A DNA stretch of 64,000 nt from Escherichia phage ELT1: the sequence record MZ892903.1; one strand, written 5' to 3'. A model generated the notes under the pieces. That model saw only the letters and a program-made list of their open reading frames with translations, did not search any database and was not told the DNA's origin. Positions 31,036 to 43,459 of the stretch are shown piece by piece. The position numbers and the translations under genes are program-made. How positions within the stretch are numbered: the first letter of the stretch is position 1; the number at the start of each line of letters is the position of its first letter.

Positions 31036-31616
31036 TATTCACCACAGAATTCGTTGATATTTTCCCAGTTTAACTTATTCAAGTTTTTCTTAGGAACATT
31101 AAACACTTCAATACCCGCATTTCGCAGAATATCATCCCAGCCAGGTTTATTTTTATCGTATGTTTCGCAATAAACCAGCTTTTTAATTCCAGATTGAGCT
31201 ATTGCTTTTGCACAATCTGGGCAAGGAGAAAGTGTTACATACATAGTAGCACCTTCAATTGAAGAACCGTTTCGTGCAGCAAACAAAATCGCATTTAGTT
31301 CAGCATGAATTTCATTTTTAGACGACCATTCAGAGTGAGCGCTACGGTGTTCTTTCGCCAAGACAAAACGATCAGTTGAACCAAATGATACGCATTCAGG
31401 CTTATGACCTTGAATGATAGTATGTTTAGGCTTATTCAACAACCAACCTTGCTCAGCAGCATAATCACAACAGTTCACTCCCCCTGCGGGTGAACCATTA
31501 TACCCAGTAGAAATAATACGTCCATTCTTTTCAATTACTGCTCCGACCTTCCAGGAGCAACATTTTGATTCCTGCGATACTAAATATGCAATTTGAAGTA
31601 CTGTACTCGCTTTCAT
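31035..31616 (-). CDS. cd: dCMP deaminase
   Basis: 193-aa ORF; zinc-binding HAE and PCxxC deaminase motifs; length matches T4 Cd. Confidence 0.9.
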   Translation of the reverse strand: MKASTVLQIAYLVSQESKCCSWKVGAVIEKNGRIISTGYNGSPAGGVNCCDYAAEQGWLLNKPKHTIIQGHKPECVSFGSTDRFVLAKEHRSAHSEWSSKNEIHAELNAILFAARNGSSIEGATMYVTLSPCPDCAKAIAQSGIKKLVYCETYDKNKPGWDDILRNAGIEVFNVPKKNLNKLNWENINEFCGE

Positions 31617-31951
31617 TTCATAATCACCAGATAAGCAGATTTAGCAGTTTCAACACGATAAATTTCGTGACGAAGTTTAGTTATACTTTTAATAACAGAA
31701 CTAATTATATTCTGCCCGTCTTTAAAGCGGTTTTTCTTATCAATAAAAACTGCGCCAGTCATCTTTTTGTGAAGCTCAACTGGATACTTCGTCACAATAA
31801 TAGCATCATACACAGAAGGATGAATACTATTCACCAGAGTATCATTCATTAAAGTTATTCTAATGAACTTTGCTGTTTCAGAATCAAGCGCTCTATGATC
31901 ACCAGTATCATTTTCAAGACAATTATCAATTATATCAGTTAAATTCATCAT
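31613..31951 (-). CDS. Hypothetical protein
   Basis: 112-aa ORF. Confidence 0.5.
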   Translation of the reverse strand: MMNLTDIIDNCLENDTGDHRALDSETAKFIRITLMNDTLVNSIHPSVYDAIIVTKYPVELHKKMTGAVFIDKKNRFKDGQNIISSVIKSITKLRHEIYRVETAKSAYLVIMK

Positions 31952-32184
31952 AGTACGCCATACACCCTTTGTGCTTCAACTAATCCATCAAAATCCAGTT
32001 TAAGATGCGATATTTGATCGCCATCACCTGGATTCACAATTACTAATACTGAACGAGGAGTTTCGGTAATAACACGAACCGATGTTTCAGGAAATCGTTC
32101 AGAAACCTTATTTACCAATTCCTGAGCAAATAGTTTAACTTTTTCTTGGAATTCTTTAACAGTAATTGGTTTTTCGCTTAGCAT
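31948..32184 (-). CDS. Hypothetical protein
   Basis: 78-aa ORF. Confidence 0.5.
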   Translation of the reverse strand: MLSEKPITVKEFQEKVKLFAQELVNKVSERFPETSVRVITETPRSVLVIVNPGDGDQISHLKLDFDGLVEAQRVYGVL

Positions 32185-32705
32185 GTTGATCCCAGCTCCA
32201 TACTTTCAACGTTTTTAACTAATTTGACAGAAACTAATTCGGCATCTTGAGTAATCATTACCGGACCTTCTTCATACTCTTCAAGATATTCTAGAGCTTT
32301 CTTTTTAGCTTCTTCCTTCGTATCAGTTTGAGCATAGATATAGAACATACAACCAGTAATACCTACTACTTTCCATTTAATTTCTTTATCAGCTTTAATT
32401 TCAAATTTACTGACAGAATCATCTTTTTGAACTTCTTCGAAAAAAGAATATTCTAACATATAAGCAATTGAAAATAACGGGCTATCTTTATAGGATTCGC
32501 CCATTACATCAATAGCTTTATACCAGCAGTCATCAATTTTGCGTTTAATGCTAATAACATTCTTTGCAGGGTCAATTTTTACTTTAAATGAATTTTCCCC
32601 AATAAACTGGGAAATTCGTTTATTAGCCCCGCAAGTTTCATTAAAAATATCTTTATATCCAGTTTTAAAGCGATAAACCTTATCTTCTTCAAACCATTCG
32701 CTCAT
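32178..32705 (-). CDS. Hypothetical protein
   Basis: 175-aa ORF. Confidence 0.55.
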   Translation of the reverse strand: MSEWFEEDKVYRFKTGYKDIFNETCGANKRISQFIGENSFKVKIDPAKNVISIKRKIDDCWYKAIDVMGESYKDSPLFSIAYMLEYSFFEEVQKDDSVSKFEIKADKEIKWKVVGITGCMFYIYAQTDTKEEAKKKALEYLEEYEEGPVMITQDAELVSVKLVKNVESMELGSTC

Positions 32706-32767
32706 TTCAATTTCCTCATTTGTTTTGGTAGAGCTATAATATCACAACTCTACCATAAAGTAAACCA

Positions 32768-33073
32768 TTAAATTGCTTTGAATTCTGATGTCTGTGATTC
32801 AAAGCGAATATCGCCTTTGATGACTAGCTCAGCATCAAGACCGAATACAACAATGATATGCGCGGAACCTGGATACAACGTGATGGCAACAGAATCCACC
32901 TGGTCTGGAAGCAAAGTATTCAATACATGAGTCACTTGAGCGTGGATTCGAAGCTCAGCTGCGTTATCAAGTTTTTCAAACATATTATTAGCGATAATTT
33001 GACTAAACACTACTTCTACGATTTTAGAGTAAGTCGGAAACATATTTACCTCACATAATTTTCTTCGAGCCAA
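32768..33073 (-). CDS. Hypothetical protein
   Basis: 101-aa ORF. Confidence 0.5.
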   Translation of the reverse strand: MARRKLCEVNMFPTYSKIVEVVFSQIIANNMFEKLDNAAELRIHAQVTHVLNTLLPDQVDSVAITLYPGSAHIIVVFGLDAELVIKGDIRFESQTSEFKAI

Positions 33074-33107
33074 TTAATAATAGTCCAAGTTTCATGGTGC
33101 CAAGCCA

Positions 33108-34315
<1,208 letters not shown>

Positions 34316-34543
34316 TTATTTTTTCTCAACCAATGATTGAATATAATCATGTAGGTCTTTAGATGCTTTACCCCACTTATTTTGATATTCATTTTTAAGA
34401 TTAGCCCGAGATTGAGCTAATAAAACATCATTAGTTGGAGGTAAAGATTCTAATCGTTGAATCTGGCGCCCATAAATCATTGCAGCCATCTCGGATTCAT
34501 AAATCAATCCTTTGAGATGTTCAAATTGATGCCATGAAATCAT
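34316..34543 (-). CDS. Hypothetical protein
   Basis: 75-aa ORF. Confidence 0.5.
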   Translation of the reverse strand: MISWHQFEHLKGLIYESEMAAMIYGRQIQRLESLPPTNDVLLAQSRANLKNEYQNKWGKASKDLHDYIQSLVEKK

Positions 34544-34839
34544 TTACATTTATCCTCTTTTAGCTCTTGACGATAATAACATATCATAGTTTTCTGGTCA
34601 TGTACATATCGTTTTACATCATTAAGCCAAATGCGAAATTCCTGGGAATCTTCAAATGGCATACCGACCCAAGCTTTACCATCAATAACTTTAACTTGCC
34701 AAGATAGTTTAGCTTCGTCATATGACTTTATTTGCACAGGCCAATTAGGATGAACTGTTTCTTTCTTTACTTCTAGAGGCTTTGTCGAACAACCAACTAG
34801 AAGACCAATAGATAATATTACTGCTGATAGTTTAATCAT
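34540..34839 (-). CDS. Putative outer-membrane spanin (lipoprotein, Rz1-like)
   Basis: 99-aa ORF with signal peptide ending in lipobox LVGC; adjacent to inner-membrane spanin candidate. Confidence 0.65.
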   Translation of the reverse strand: MIKLSAVILSIGLLVGCSTKPLEVKKETVHPNWPVQIKSYDEAKLSWQVKVIDGKAWVGMPFEDSQEFRIWLNDVKRYVHDQKTMICYYRQELKEDKCK

Positions 34840-35189
34840 TTAGAAAGGTCCTGGATGTCTTCTGCGAACTTGTTGAAGGAGTTGTTGATTTGTTTTTCAA
34901 CCAATCCTGGCTTATGAGCCACCACATCCGCCTTCTTTGCGTCTTTGCGCAGTTTTTCATTTTCACGCTCAATAGCAGCAATTGCCTCACGATTTTTATT
35001 ATTCATCGCATCAATATAATTATACTGAATTCGCAAATTATTTAATGCTAAGGCGTTTTCATTGGACGTTTTTGTAATTTCTACAACAGACGTTTCTAAT
35101 CTTTCTACCTTATTTTTTAAAATAATAGATGTTCCGCCAAATGCTATTACAAGTAATAGCAATCCAGCTGTAAAATTACTTACATGCAT
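34836..35189 (-). CDS. Putative inner-membrane spanin (Rz-like)
   Basis: 117-aa ORF with N-terminal transmembrane helix followed by charged coiled-coil region. Confidence 0.65.
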   Translation of the reverse strand: MHVSNFTAGLLLLVIAFGGTSIILKNKVERLETSVVEITKTSNENALALNNLRIQYNYIDAMNNKNREAIAAIERENEKLRKDAKKADVVAHKPGLVEKQINNSFNKFAEDIQDLSK

Positions 35190-35686
35190 AAAGTTTTAAT
35201 AACCTCTACAATATCGTCTTGAGAAAGACCGTTAATTAAAATATGATGTTCAGCTGGAGATTTAGAAATTTTAAAGCATGCCTCAACATCTTCTGCCATA
35301 TCCGATGCACTACGATTTGGATTACTAACCCCAAGGCGGTGTTTTCCAGTCAAAGGATTAACGATGATGTAGCATTTGCAATTATTGATATGAACATTAG
35401 GTTGAGTCTGATTAATGAACACTTCACAATCATATTTCGCAAGCTGATTTTCTAAAAAGACTTTCATCTCTTCAACCGCATCAGGAAGCATATCACGGGC
35501 TTGCTCAAGACGACGATTTCGATATTCTTTAATGGTCGTTTTCCGCTTGACTTGCTTTGCTAAATCTTTCTTAAGATCGGTGATATATCCAACTCGACGA
35601 TTTCCTTTGAATACAGAAATCCCATCTGTAGTATCACCGTATGCTTCAACGACCATTTCAGTAGTAATAAGTTGTAAATCCATCAT
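35180..35686 (-). CDS. alc: Alc, host transcription unfolding/termination protein
   Basis: 168-aa ORF, N-terminus MMDLQLITTE; position between pseT cluster and rnlA as in T4. Confidence 0.75.
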   Translation of the reverse strand: MMDLQLITTEMVVEAYGDTTDGISVFKGNRRVGYITDLKKDLAKQVKRKTTIKEYRNRRLEQARDMLPDAVEEMKVFLENQLAKYDCEVFINQTQPNVHINNCKCYIIVNPLTGKHRLGVSNPNRSASDMAEDVEACFKISKSPAEHHILINGLSQDDIVEVIKTLCM

Positions 35687-35690
35687 AAAG

Positions 35691-35744
35691 TCCTCATGTT
35701 ATGTCAGTAAGTCTACTATAACACAACACGAGGGACTTGTAAAC
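35691..35744 (-). repeat. 54-bp early-promoter/5'UTR cassette, copy 2 (identical to 21873..21926)
   Basis: Exact 54-bp match immediately upstream of alc. Confidence 0.7.
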
Positions 35745-35747
35745 AGC

Positions 35748-37335
<1,588 letters not shown>

Positions 37336-37343
37336 AATAAAAT

Positions 37344-37357
37344 GGGCCTTGCGGCCC
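37344..37357. terminator. Stem-loop gggcc-ttgc-ggccc
   Basis: Perfect 5-bp stem between denA start and nrdB stop. Confidence 0.4.
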
Positions 37358-37362
37358 ACTCC

Positions 37363-37865
37363 TTAAAAATATTTTTTAAAACTCATCATAACTTTATCAT
37401 CAACATCATTATCAATCTGTGCTACAAGGTAAGATGACAGTTCTACTTCTTGTGGCGCGGATTGAACATTATCAGAATTAAGATATTCACGAATCCAAGG
37501 ATACGGATGTTTAACCGGAGCATCAGTAATTGGGCATGGAAGACCACACTGTTTCATACGAGATACAGTTAAGTAATCAATAAAGCTCCACATGCTATTT
37601 GTATTTAATCCAGGAACATCACCATCTTTAAATAAATGAACTGCCCAGTCTTTTTCTTGGCGGTTGACTTCCATAAAAATATCAACTGCTTCTTGTTCAC
37701 ACTCTTGGGCAATTTTAACCCATTCATCACCATCAGTGCCAAGTTGAAGTTGACGAATAATATATTGGGTGCCTTTAAGGTGAAGCTGCTCGTCACGAGC
37801 AATGAACTTCATAATCTTGGCATTACCTTCCATGATTTCCATATTCTTGTGGAAGTTAAAGGTAC
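37363..37865 (-). CDS. nrdB: Ribonucleotide reductase small subunit, exon 2
   Basis: Continues exon 1 after splicing to give ...FYVSFA-C-TFNFHKNMEIMEGNAK..., aligning with E. coli NrdB [22 protein letters not shown]; 3' splice site follows intron-terminal G. Confidence 0.8.
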
Positions 37866-38956
37866 CGTTATGTTCGATTGAGCTCGCTAATTCTCAACCC
37901 GTTCTCTTATGAACTGCTACATATTACTATGCAGACCAGACTATATCACAATCCCAGAGGGATTCTCCCCATTTCGAGTCGCTTGACCCTACGTCCGAAG
38001 ACTAGTCGTTGAACCTTGCTTTGCAATTGTCGCCGTGCCATCGTTTATATGTTGATGGTGATAAATCTTTCTTATCACAATATGGACAATTCAATTGAAT
38101 TCTATTTGGATTTAATTTACATCTGTCATTATGTTTTAGATAAAATCCAGGACCTTTACCAATGTGACCGCAGAAATCACATGTGATTTCTTTTTGTGCA
38201 GGATGGGTCCCGTTCTTAACCATTTCTAATGTTTTTGCTGATGTTCTTTTCTTATGGTCTTCTGACAAGAAATGATGTGAACCATCATTTACCCGTTTTG
38301 ATTGAGTTTCTGACTGCATTTTACCACCGCAAAATACATGAGTACCTTCTTTTATAGCTGCAATATTGCGTTCTTTAACTTTTGCAATATGCTCAGCTTG
38401 TTGAAAATTATGTATACCTAATGCAACTCTATTTAAATTAGATTTACGCTGTATTTCACCGTCTAAAAGATGAAATGTACCATTTTCTATCTTAGATTTA
38501 ATAGAGGCAATATTTTTAGCTCGTACTTCAGGGATATTAAAAATCTGGATTTCTCTAGATTTTGCAGCTTTAGAAGCTAATTCAGAAATTTCTTCAGGAG
38601 AATATTTCATTCTAAGCTTTATAGCATGACAAGCCTGGTAATCTTTTTGAGCTAAATGTATATCATAATGTTCCTGTATAGAAAGGCACATCAAATTATC
38701 TAAATCATTATTTTCACGGTTACCGTCTTTATGATGGATTTCGTATGTTCTTCCATCAGAATCTTTAGGTATAGGTCCGTTAGCATCTATCCAAATTTTT
38801 CTATAGTTCAATTGTGCATCCTCTTAAAAGTATAATCATATTTATATTATACTAATTAAAGGTGCAAGCAAAACCTTGGCTGCTAGTTTTCCTATAAAGG
38901 ACTTTCCAGCAATTAAAGGAGTTTTCGATAAACGTTACCGTTTAAAGGCGCATTTT
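37866..38956 (-). mobile_element. Group I intron in nrdB (about 1091 nt) carrying an HNH endonuclease ORF
   Basis: Interrupts a conserved NrdB segment; 5' exon ends in U, intron ends in G; intron 5' sequence aaaatgcgccttta; contains ORF 38002..38811. Confidence 0.8.
38002..38811 (-). CDS. I-TevIII: Intron-encoded HNH homing endonuclease (full-length I-TevIII-like)
   Basis: 269-aa ORF; HNH region (YEIHHKDGNRENNDLDNLMCLSIQEHYDIH), repeated DNA-binding modules and C-terminal Cys-x2-Cys...His...Cys fingers. Confidence 0.8.
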   Translation of the reverse strand: MNYRKIWIDANGPIPKDSDGRTYEIHHKDGNRENNDLDNLMCLSIQEHYDIHLAQKDYQACHAIKLRMKYSPEEISELASKAAKSREIQIFNIPEVRAKNIASIKSKIENGTFHLLDGEIQRKSNLNRVALGIHNFQQAEHIAKVKERNIAAIKEGTHVFCGGKMQSETQSKRVNDGSHHFLSEDHKKRTSAKTLEMVKNGTHPAQKEITCDFCGHIGKGPGFYLKHNDRCKLNPNRIQLNCPYCDKKDLSPSTYKRWHGDNCKARFND

Positions 38957-39632
38957 ACGCAAAAGATACATAAAAACGAATAGCTTCTAAGGCATTAATA
39001 ACGTGTAAACAGAGGTAAAGAGACTTCATTAAAGCACGTTTAGCTTCGGCTTCTTGTTTAATAGCTCGGTTTAAACGAAAGTCGGCATCAGGAGATTCTT
39101 TAGCTAGTTCTACAAATTCTTTAGCATTTTCCCATTCACGGGTTTTAACCAAGACATCATCATAATAGCGACCGATAGATTCAGCACGTTTCATGATAGC
39201 TTCATCTAATACAATCTCATCAAATACCTTCGATGGATCAGTATAAAGATTTCGCATGATATGAGTATATGAACGGCTGTGAATAGTTTCACTAAAAGTC
39301 CATGTAGCAACCCATGTATCAAGACTTGGGTCTGAAATTAATGACATAAGTACTGCAGACGGTGCACGACCCTGAATGCTATCTAGAAGTGATTGATACT
39401 TCAGGTTATTAGTAAAAATATCTTGCTGATATTGAGGAAGCTTGTTAAATTGTGCAGCATCCATCATCAAGTTTACTTCTTCAGGACGCCAGAAAAAACT
39501 GATCTGCCGCTCAATGAGTTCTTCAAATACTCGATGTCGTTGAATATCATATCGAGCTAAACCTAATCCAGAACCAAAGAACATCGGTTCATTCAAAACA
39601 TCAACTGGATTTGTATTAAAAACTGTACTCAT
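38957..39632 (-). CDS. nrdB: Ribonucleotide reductase small subunit, exon 1
   Basis: 225 codons plus 1 nt; di-iron ligand region and IRFYVSFA segment conserved with class Ia NrdB. Confidence 0.85.
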
Positions 39633-40327
39633 TTAGAATCCTTAAATTTACATTTATCATAATGCCATCTTAAAGCATTGCCTTTATTAACTTTCTTACC
39701 ACAGTGCGGGCAAGGTGGATACTCTGCTCCTTGTTTAGTTCTCAAAGAAATCAAATCACGGGTTTCTTTAGTATGAGGAACATCTCTTGTCGGAGAAATT
39801 GTACCATACATTGGATTAAGCACGCCGACTTTAGCAGCAGCTATATTCTTTTTAGCTTCTTCAGTTTTAGGCTTTCTCATCTTTTTCTTAGTTTCTTCGC
39901 TTTTAGCCCTTCCTTTGGTTGCCGCCGATATTTTGTGTTTGGTTTCTTCTGTTAAACGCAGACCTGTTTTCGCTTTTGACATTTTCAGTCTCGTTTCTTC
40001 AGAAATGACCGTACCTTTGCGAAATTGTGAATTTAACTTCTTTGCATGGGCATATATCTTAGAATGAACTTTATAATGACGTTTCTTAGTTCCTTTCATA
40101 TTGCACATCATGAAAAATGCGAATATAACAGATTTTACCGGATAAATCTTTGATAAAATAGCATGCGCTATAAAATGTTCTCTGGCTGTTAATTCAACTA
40201 AATTTTCCTTATCATCAGAACCTCCCATACATCTAGGGATTATATGATGTGTCTCTTTATATTCTGATAAAGATTCCCGAGCCTGAGCTCGGGAAATTAG
40301 GTCATTATAGATTTTTTGATAATTCAT
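39629..40327 (-). CDS. mobE: Free-standing HNH endonuclease (mobE-like) between nrdA and nrdB
   Basis: 232-aa ORF; HNH motif (HHIIPRCMGGSDDKENLVELTAREHFIAH), repeated NUMOD3-like ETRxKMSxAK modules, C-terminal CPHCGKK...H..C finger. Confidence 0.75.
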   Translation of the reverse strand: MNYQKIYNDLISRAQARESLSEYKETHHIIPRCMGGSDDKENLVELTAREHFIAHAILSKIYPVKSVIFAFFMMCNMKGTKKRHYKVHSKIYAHAKKLNSQFRKGTVISEETRLKMSKAKTGLRLTEETKHKISAATKGRAKSEETKKKMRKPKTEEAKKNIAAAKVGVLNPMYGTISPTRDVPHTKETRDLISLRTKQGAEYPPCPHCGKKVNKGNALRWHYDKCKFKDSK

Positions 40328-42591
40328 TACAATTTACACGCTGCGCAATCATCGGCTTTTGGAGTTTCTATTTCGTAATCATCAGTACCGGAACCATCAC
40401 GAGTATTATGATAATAGAAGCTTTTAATGCCATAATACCATCCGTATAGCATGTCATCAATCATTACAGACATTGGAACCTTTCCTTTTGGAAAAATCTG
40501 CGGGTCATAATATGTATTCGCTGAAGCTGATTGACATACCCATTTCAGCATAATAGCTACTTGCGTAAGATAAGGTTTATTACCTTTTTTAGCTAATTTC
40601 CACGTATAATCATACAGGTCTATGTTATGCTCAATATTGGGCACGACTTGATTAAAGGAGCCCTCTTTTGATTCTTTAACAGAGACTGGTCCACGTGGAG
40701 GCTCGATACCGTTTGTACTGTTAGAAACTTGGGAAGATGACTCACATGGCATAAGTGCTGATAATGTGCTATTACGGATGCCAAAGAGCTTAAGGTCTTC
40801 CCGCAGCGACGACCAGTCACAAACGTATTTTGGAGCTGCGATTTGGTCAATCTTTTTATTGTACCAGTCGATAGGTAATTCGCCTCGAGACCAACGAGTG
40901 TCTGAATAATATTCGCAAGGTCCTTTTTCTTTGGCGAGCTTAATGGATGCTTTAATGAGTCCATACTGTAATCTCTCAAATAGTTCATGTGTTAAATCGT
41001 TAGCATCTTCATAAGAAGCAAAATTACTTGCCAGCCAAGCTGCATAGTTAGTAACACCTACGCCAAGGTTTCGACGCTTTTTAGCTTTTTCTGCTTCAGG
41101 AACTGGATATCCTTGGTAGTCCAAAAGATTATCAAGAGCACGAACTTGGACTTCTGCCAATTCATTAATTTTATCTTGGTCTTGCCAATCGAAGTTATCC
41201 AACACAAATGCGCTAAGGGTACACAATCCAATTTCAGCATCAGGGCTATTCACATCATTTGTTGGAATAGCAATTTCACAGCACAAGTTACTCTGACGAA
41301 TAGGTGCCTTTTCACGAATAAACGGAGTATAGTTATTCGTATTATCAATGAACTGTACATAAATCCTTGCTGTTCCTGATCGTTCAGTCATGAGCAATTC
41401 AAATAGTTCACGGGCTTTAATACGCTTTTTACGAATATTAGGATCTTTTTCTGCTGCTTCGTATAATTCACGGAAACGGTCTTGGTCTTTAAAATAAGAA
41501 TAATAAAGTTCGCCACCCATTTCATGTGGACTAAACAAAGTAATGTAATCGTTCTTTCCAAAACGTTCCATCATCAAATCATTCAGTTGAACGCCATAAT
41601 CCATATGACGGATACGGTTTTCTTCTACGCCTTTGTTATTTTTCAAAACGAGAAGATTTTCAACTTCCAAATGCCAAATAGGATAATAAGCAGTAGCAGC
41701 GCCGCCACGAATTCCACCCTGTGAGCATGATTTAACAGCAGTCTGAAAATGTTTCCAAAAAGGAATAACACCAGTATGGCGTACTTCACCCATGCCAATC
41801 TTAGAACCTTCGGCACGAATCATACCAACGTTAATACCAATTCCAGCGCGTTTGGAGATATATTCAACAATTGAAGCGGAAGCCTTATTGATAGACTTTA
41901 ATGAATCACCTGCCTCAATAACAACGCATGAACTAAACTGTCGAGTCGGAGTACGACAGCCAGCCATAATAGGAGTTGGCAATGAAATCTGTCGAGTAGA
42001 TACTGCTTCATAAAAACGAATAACATGTTTTAATCTATCAACAGGTTCATCTTGATGCAATGCCATTCCAATAGTCATAAATGCAAACTGTGGAGTTTCA
42101 TAAATTTGACCAGTGGTTTTATCTTTAACTAGATATTTTTCTTTTAATTGCATCGCCCCGGAATAAGTAAATTCCATATCCCGCTCGTGCTTAATTTTTG
42201 ATTCTAAAAATGTAATTTCTTCTGCTGAATATTTTGACAGCAGTTCAGGGTCATATTTACCTTCATTTACACAGTAAGAAATATGGTCAATAAATGAACG
42301 TGGTTCATACTGCCCATAAACATGCTTACGAAGAGCGAACATTAAACAGCGAGCGGCTACATATTGGTAATCAGGCTCTTCAACCGAAATAGAATTCGCA
42401 GCAGCCTTAATGACAATAGTCTGAATATCATCAGTTGTCATTCCATCACGGAGATAAGATTTAATATTTTCATATAATTCATAAGGATCTACTGATGTTC
42501 CTTCAGCTGCCCAAGATAAAACTTTAATAATTTTTTGCGGGTCAAAGCTCTGAGAAACACCACTACTTTTGATAACATTAATTAATTGCAT
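40327..42591 (-). CDS. nrdA: Ribonucleotide reductase large subunit
   Basis: 754-aa ORF; catalytic NxCxE (SNLCCEI) region; length matches T4 NrdA. Confidence 0.95.
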   Translation of the reverse strand: MQLINVIKSSGVSQSFDPQKIIKVLSWAAEGTSVDPYELYENIKSYLRDGMTTDDIQTIVIKAAANSISVEEPDYQYVAARCLMFALRKHVYGQYEPRSFIDHISYCVNEGKYDPELLSKYSAEEITFLESKIKHERDMEFTYSGAMQLKEKYLVKDKTTGQIYETPQFAFMTIGMALHQDEPVDRLKHVIRFYEAVSTRQISLPTPIMAGCRTPTRQFSSCVVIEAGDSLKSINKASASIVEYISKRAGIGINVGMIRAEGSKIGMGEVRHTGVIPFWKHFQTAVKSCSQGGIRGGAATAYYPIWHLEVENLLVLKNNKGVEENRIRHMDYGVQLNDLMMERFGKNDYITLFSPHEMGGELYYSYFKDQDRFRELYEAAEKDPNIRKKRIKARELFELLMTERSGTARIYVQFIDNTNNYTPFIREKAPIRQSNLCCEIAIPTNDVNSPDAEIGLCTLSAFVLDNFDWQDQDKINELAEVQVRALDNLLDYQGYPVPEAEKAKKRRNLGVGVTNYAAWLASNFASYEDANDLTHELFERLQYGLIKASIKLAKEKGPCEYYSDTRWSRGELPIDWYNKKIDQIAAPKYVCDWSSLREDLKLFGIRNSTLSALMPCESSSQVSNSTNGIEPPRGPVSVKESKEGSFNQVVPNIEHNIDLYDYTWKLAKKGNKPYLTQVAIMLKWVCQSASANTYYDPQIFPKGKVPMSVMIDDMLYGWYYGIKSFYYHNTRDGSGTDDYEIETPKADDCAACKL

Positions 42592-42815
42592 AAGTCCTCA
42601 ACTTGAAAATCGTCTTTAAACAGTCGGTTAACTATATGAGCTATTATATCACCATGACACGGCTTTGGTTTACATGTGCATCCTAGCCTCATTCCACGTA
42701 AAGGCTCTAAATGTGCTTTAGTTATTTCTCCGGATTTAATTCGACGTATAAAATCTTTTTTGAATAATTCAATGGCAGCCTCCCGGCTGCCAGCATCTTT
42801 ACCGACGTAAAGGCT
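42582..42815 (-). pseudogene. ATG-less reading frame with Cys-x-Cys...Cys-His motif; likely distal part of a frame-disrupted small gene
   Basis: 77 sense codons ...[56 protein letters not shown]... with no ATG/GTG/TTG until an internal Met; stop overlaps nrdA ATG. Confidence 0.35.
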
Positions 42816-42907
42816 CTAAATGTACCACGGTGAATATTAACATCAAAGTCGGATTTGTATTTATTCACTACCTGACATAGACGGCCCGCGCGGTAATAAT
42901 TCGTCAT
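42722..42907 (-). CDS. Hypothetical protein; possible N-terminal part of the frame-disrupted gene
   Basis: 61-aa ORF ending 93 nt inside the region also covered by the ATG-less frame. Confidence 0.4.
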   Translation of the reverse strand: MTNYYRAGRLCQVVNKYKSDFDVNIHRGTFRAFTSVKMLAAGRLPLNYSKKILYVELNPEK

Positions 42908-43136
42908 ATTGTTGTTCCGTTAAAACAGTAATATCATAGTAACAATCTGAAGAAGTTTTAACTGTAGAAATTTTATTATCAAAATACTCACGAGTCATTT
43001 TATGAGTATAATATTTTTTGCCATAAATGATAATAGGCTGATTTGGTCCTGGAACTTCTAACTCACTTGGATTAGGAAGTGTAAAAAGAACTACACCAGA
43101 AGTATCTTTAAATCGTAAAATCATATATCCTCGCAA
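42861..43136 (-). CDS. Hypothetical protein
   Basis: 91-aa ORF directly downstream of td exon 2. Confidence 0.5.
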   Translation of the reverse strand: MRGYMILRFKDTSGVVLFTLPNPSELEVPGPNQPIIIYGKKYYTHKMTREYFDNKISTVKTSSDCYYDITVLTEQQYDELLPRGPSMSGSE

Positions 43137-43147
43137 TTAAATTAAAA

Positions 43148-43459
43148 TTACACCGCCATTTTTCCTTTCAAGACACCGTGGGATTGATAATCTTTGAGAA
43201 CGAAATCTTTAGGCCTGAGTTTAAGAATGTATTCCAATTGTTCTTTAGTAGAAAGATAGCGGAATTTATAAGGCAATCCGCCTATTACCAGTTCACATAG
43301 TTCTTTAGGCTCACGACGCAAAATTTCTTTACATTGTTCTACGTGATTCATATAGATATGAGTATTACCACCAGAAAATATCAAATCTCCTGGAATAAGA
43401 TTACACATCTTAGCTACAATATGAACTAACGCAGCATATGATGCAATGTTGAACGGTAG
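43148..43459 (-). CDS. td: Thymidylate synthase, exon 2
   Basis: Begins LPFNIASYA...; exon junction ...ttcttgggt|ctaccgttc... matches the T4 td splice context as recalled. Confidence 0.9.
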   Translation of the reverse strand, partial: LPFNIASYAALVHIVAKMCNLIPGDLIFSGGNTHIYMNHVEQCKEILRREPKELCELVIGGLPYKFRYLSTKEQLEYILKLRPKDFVLKDYQSHGVLKGKMAV

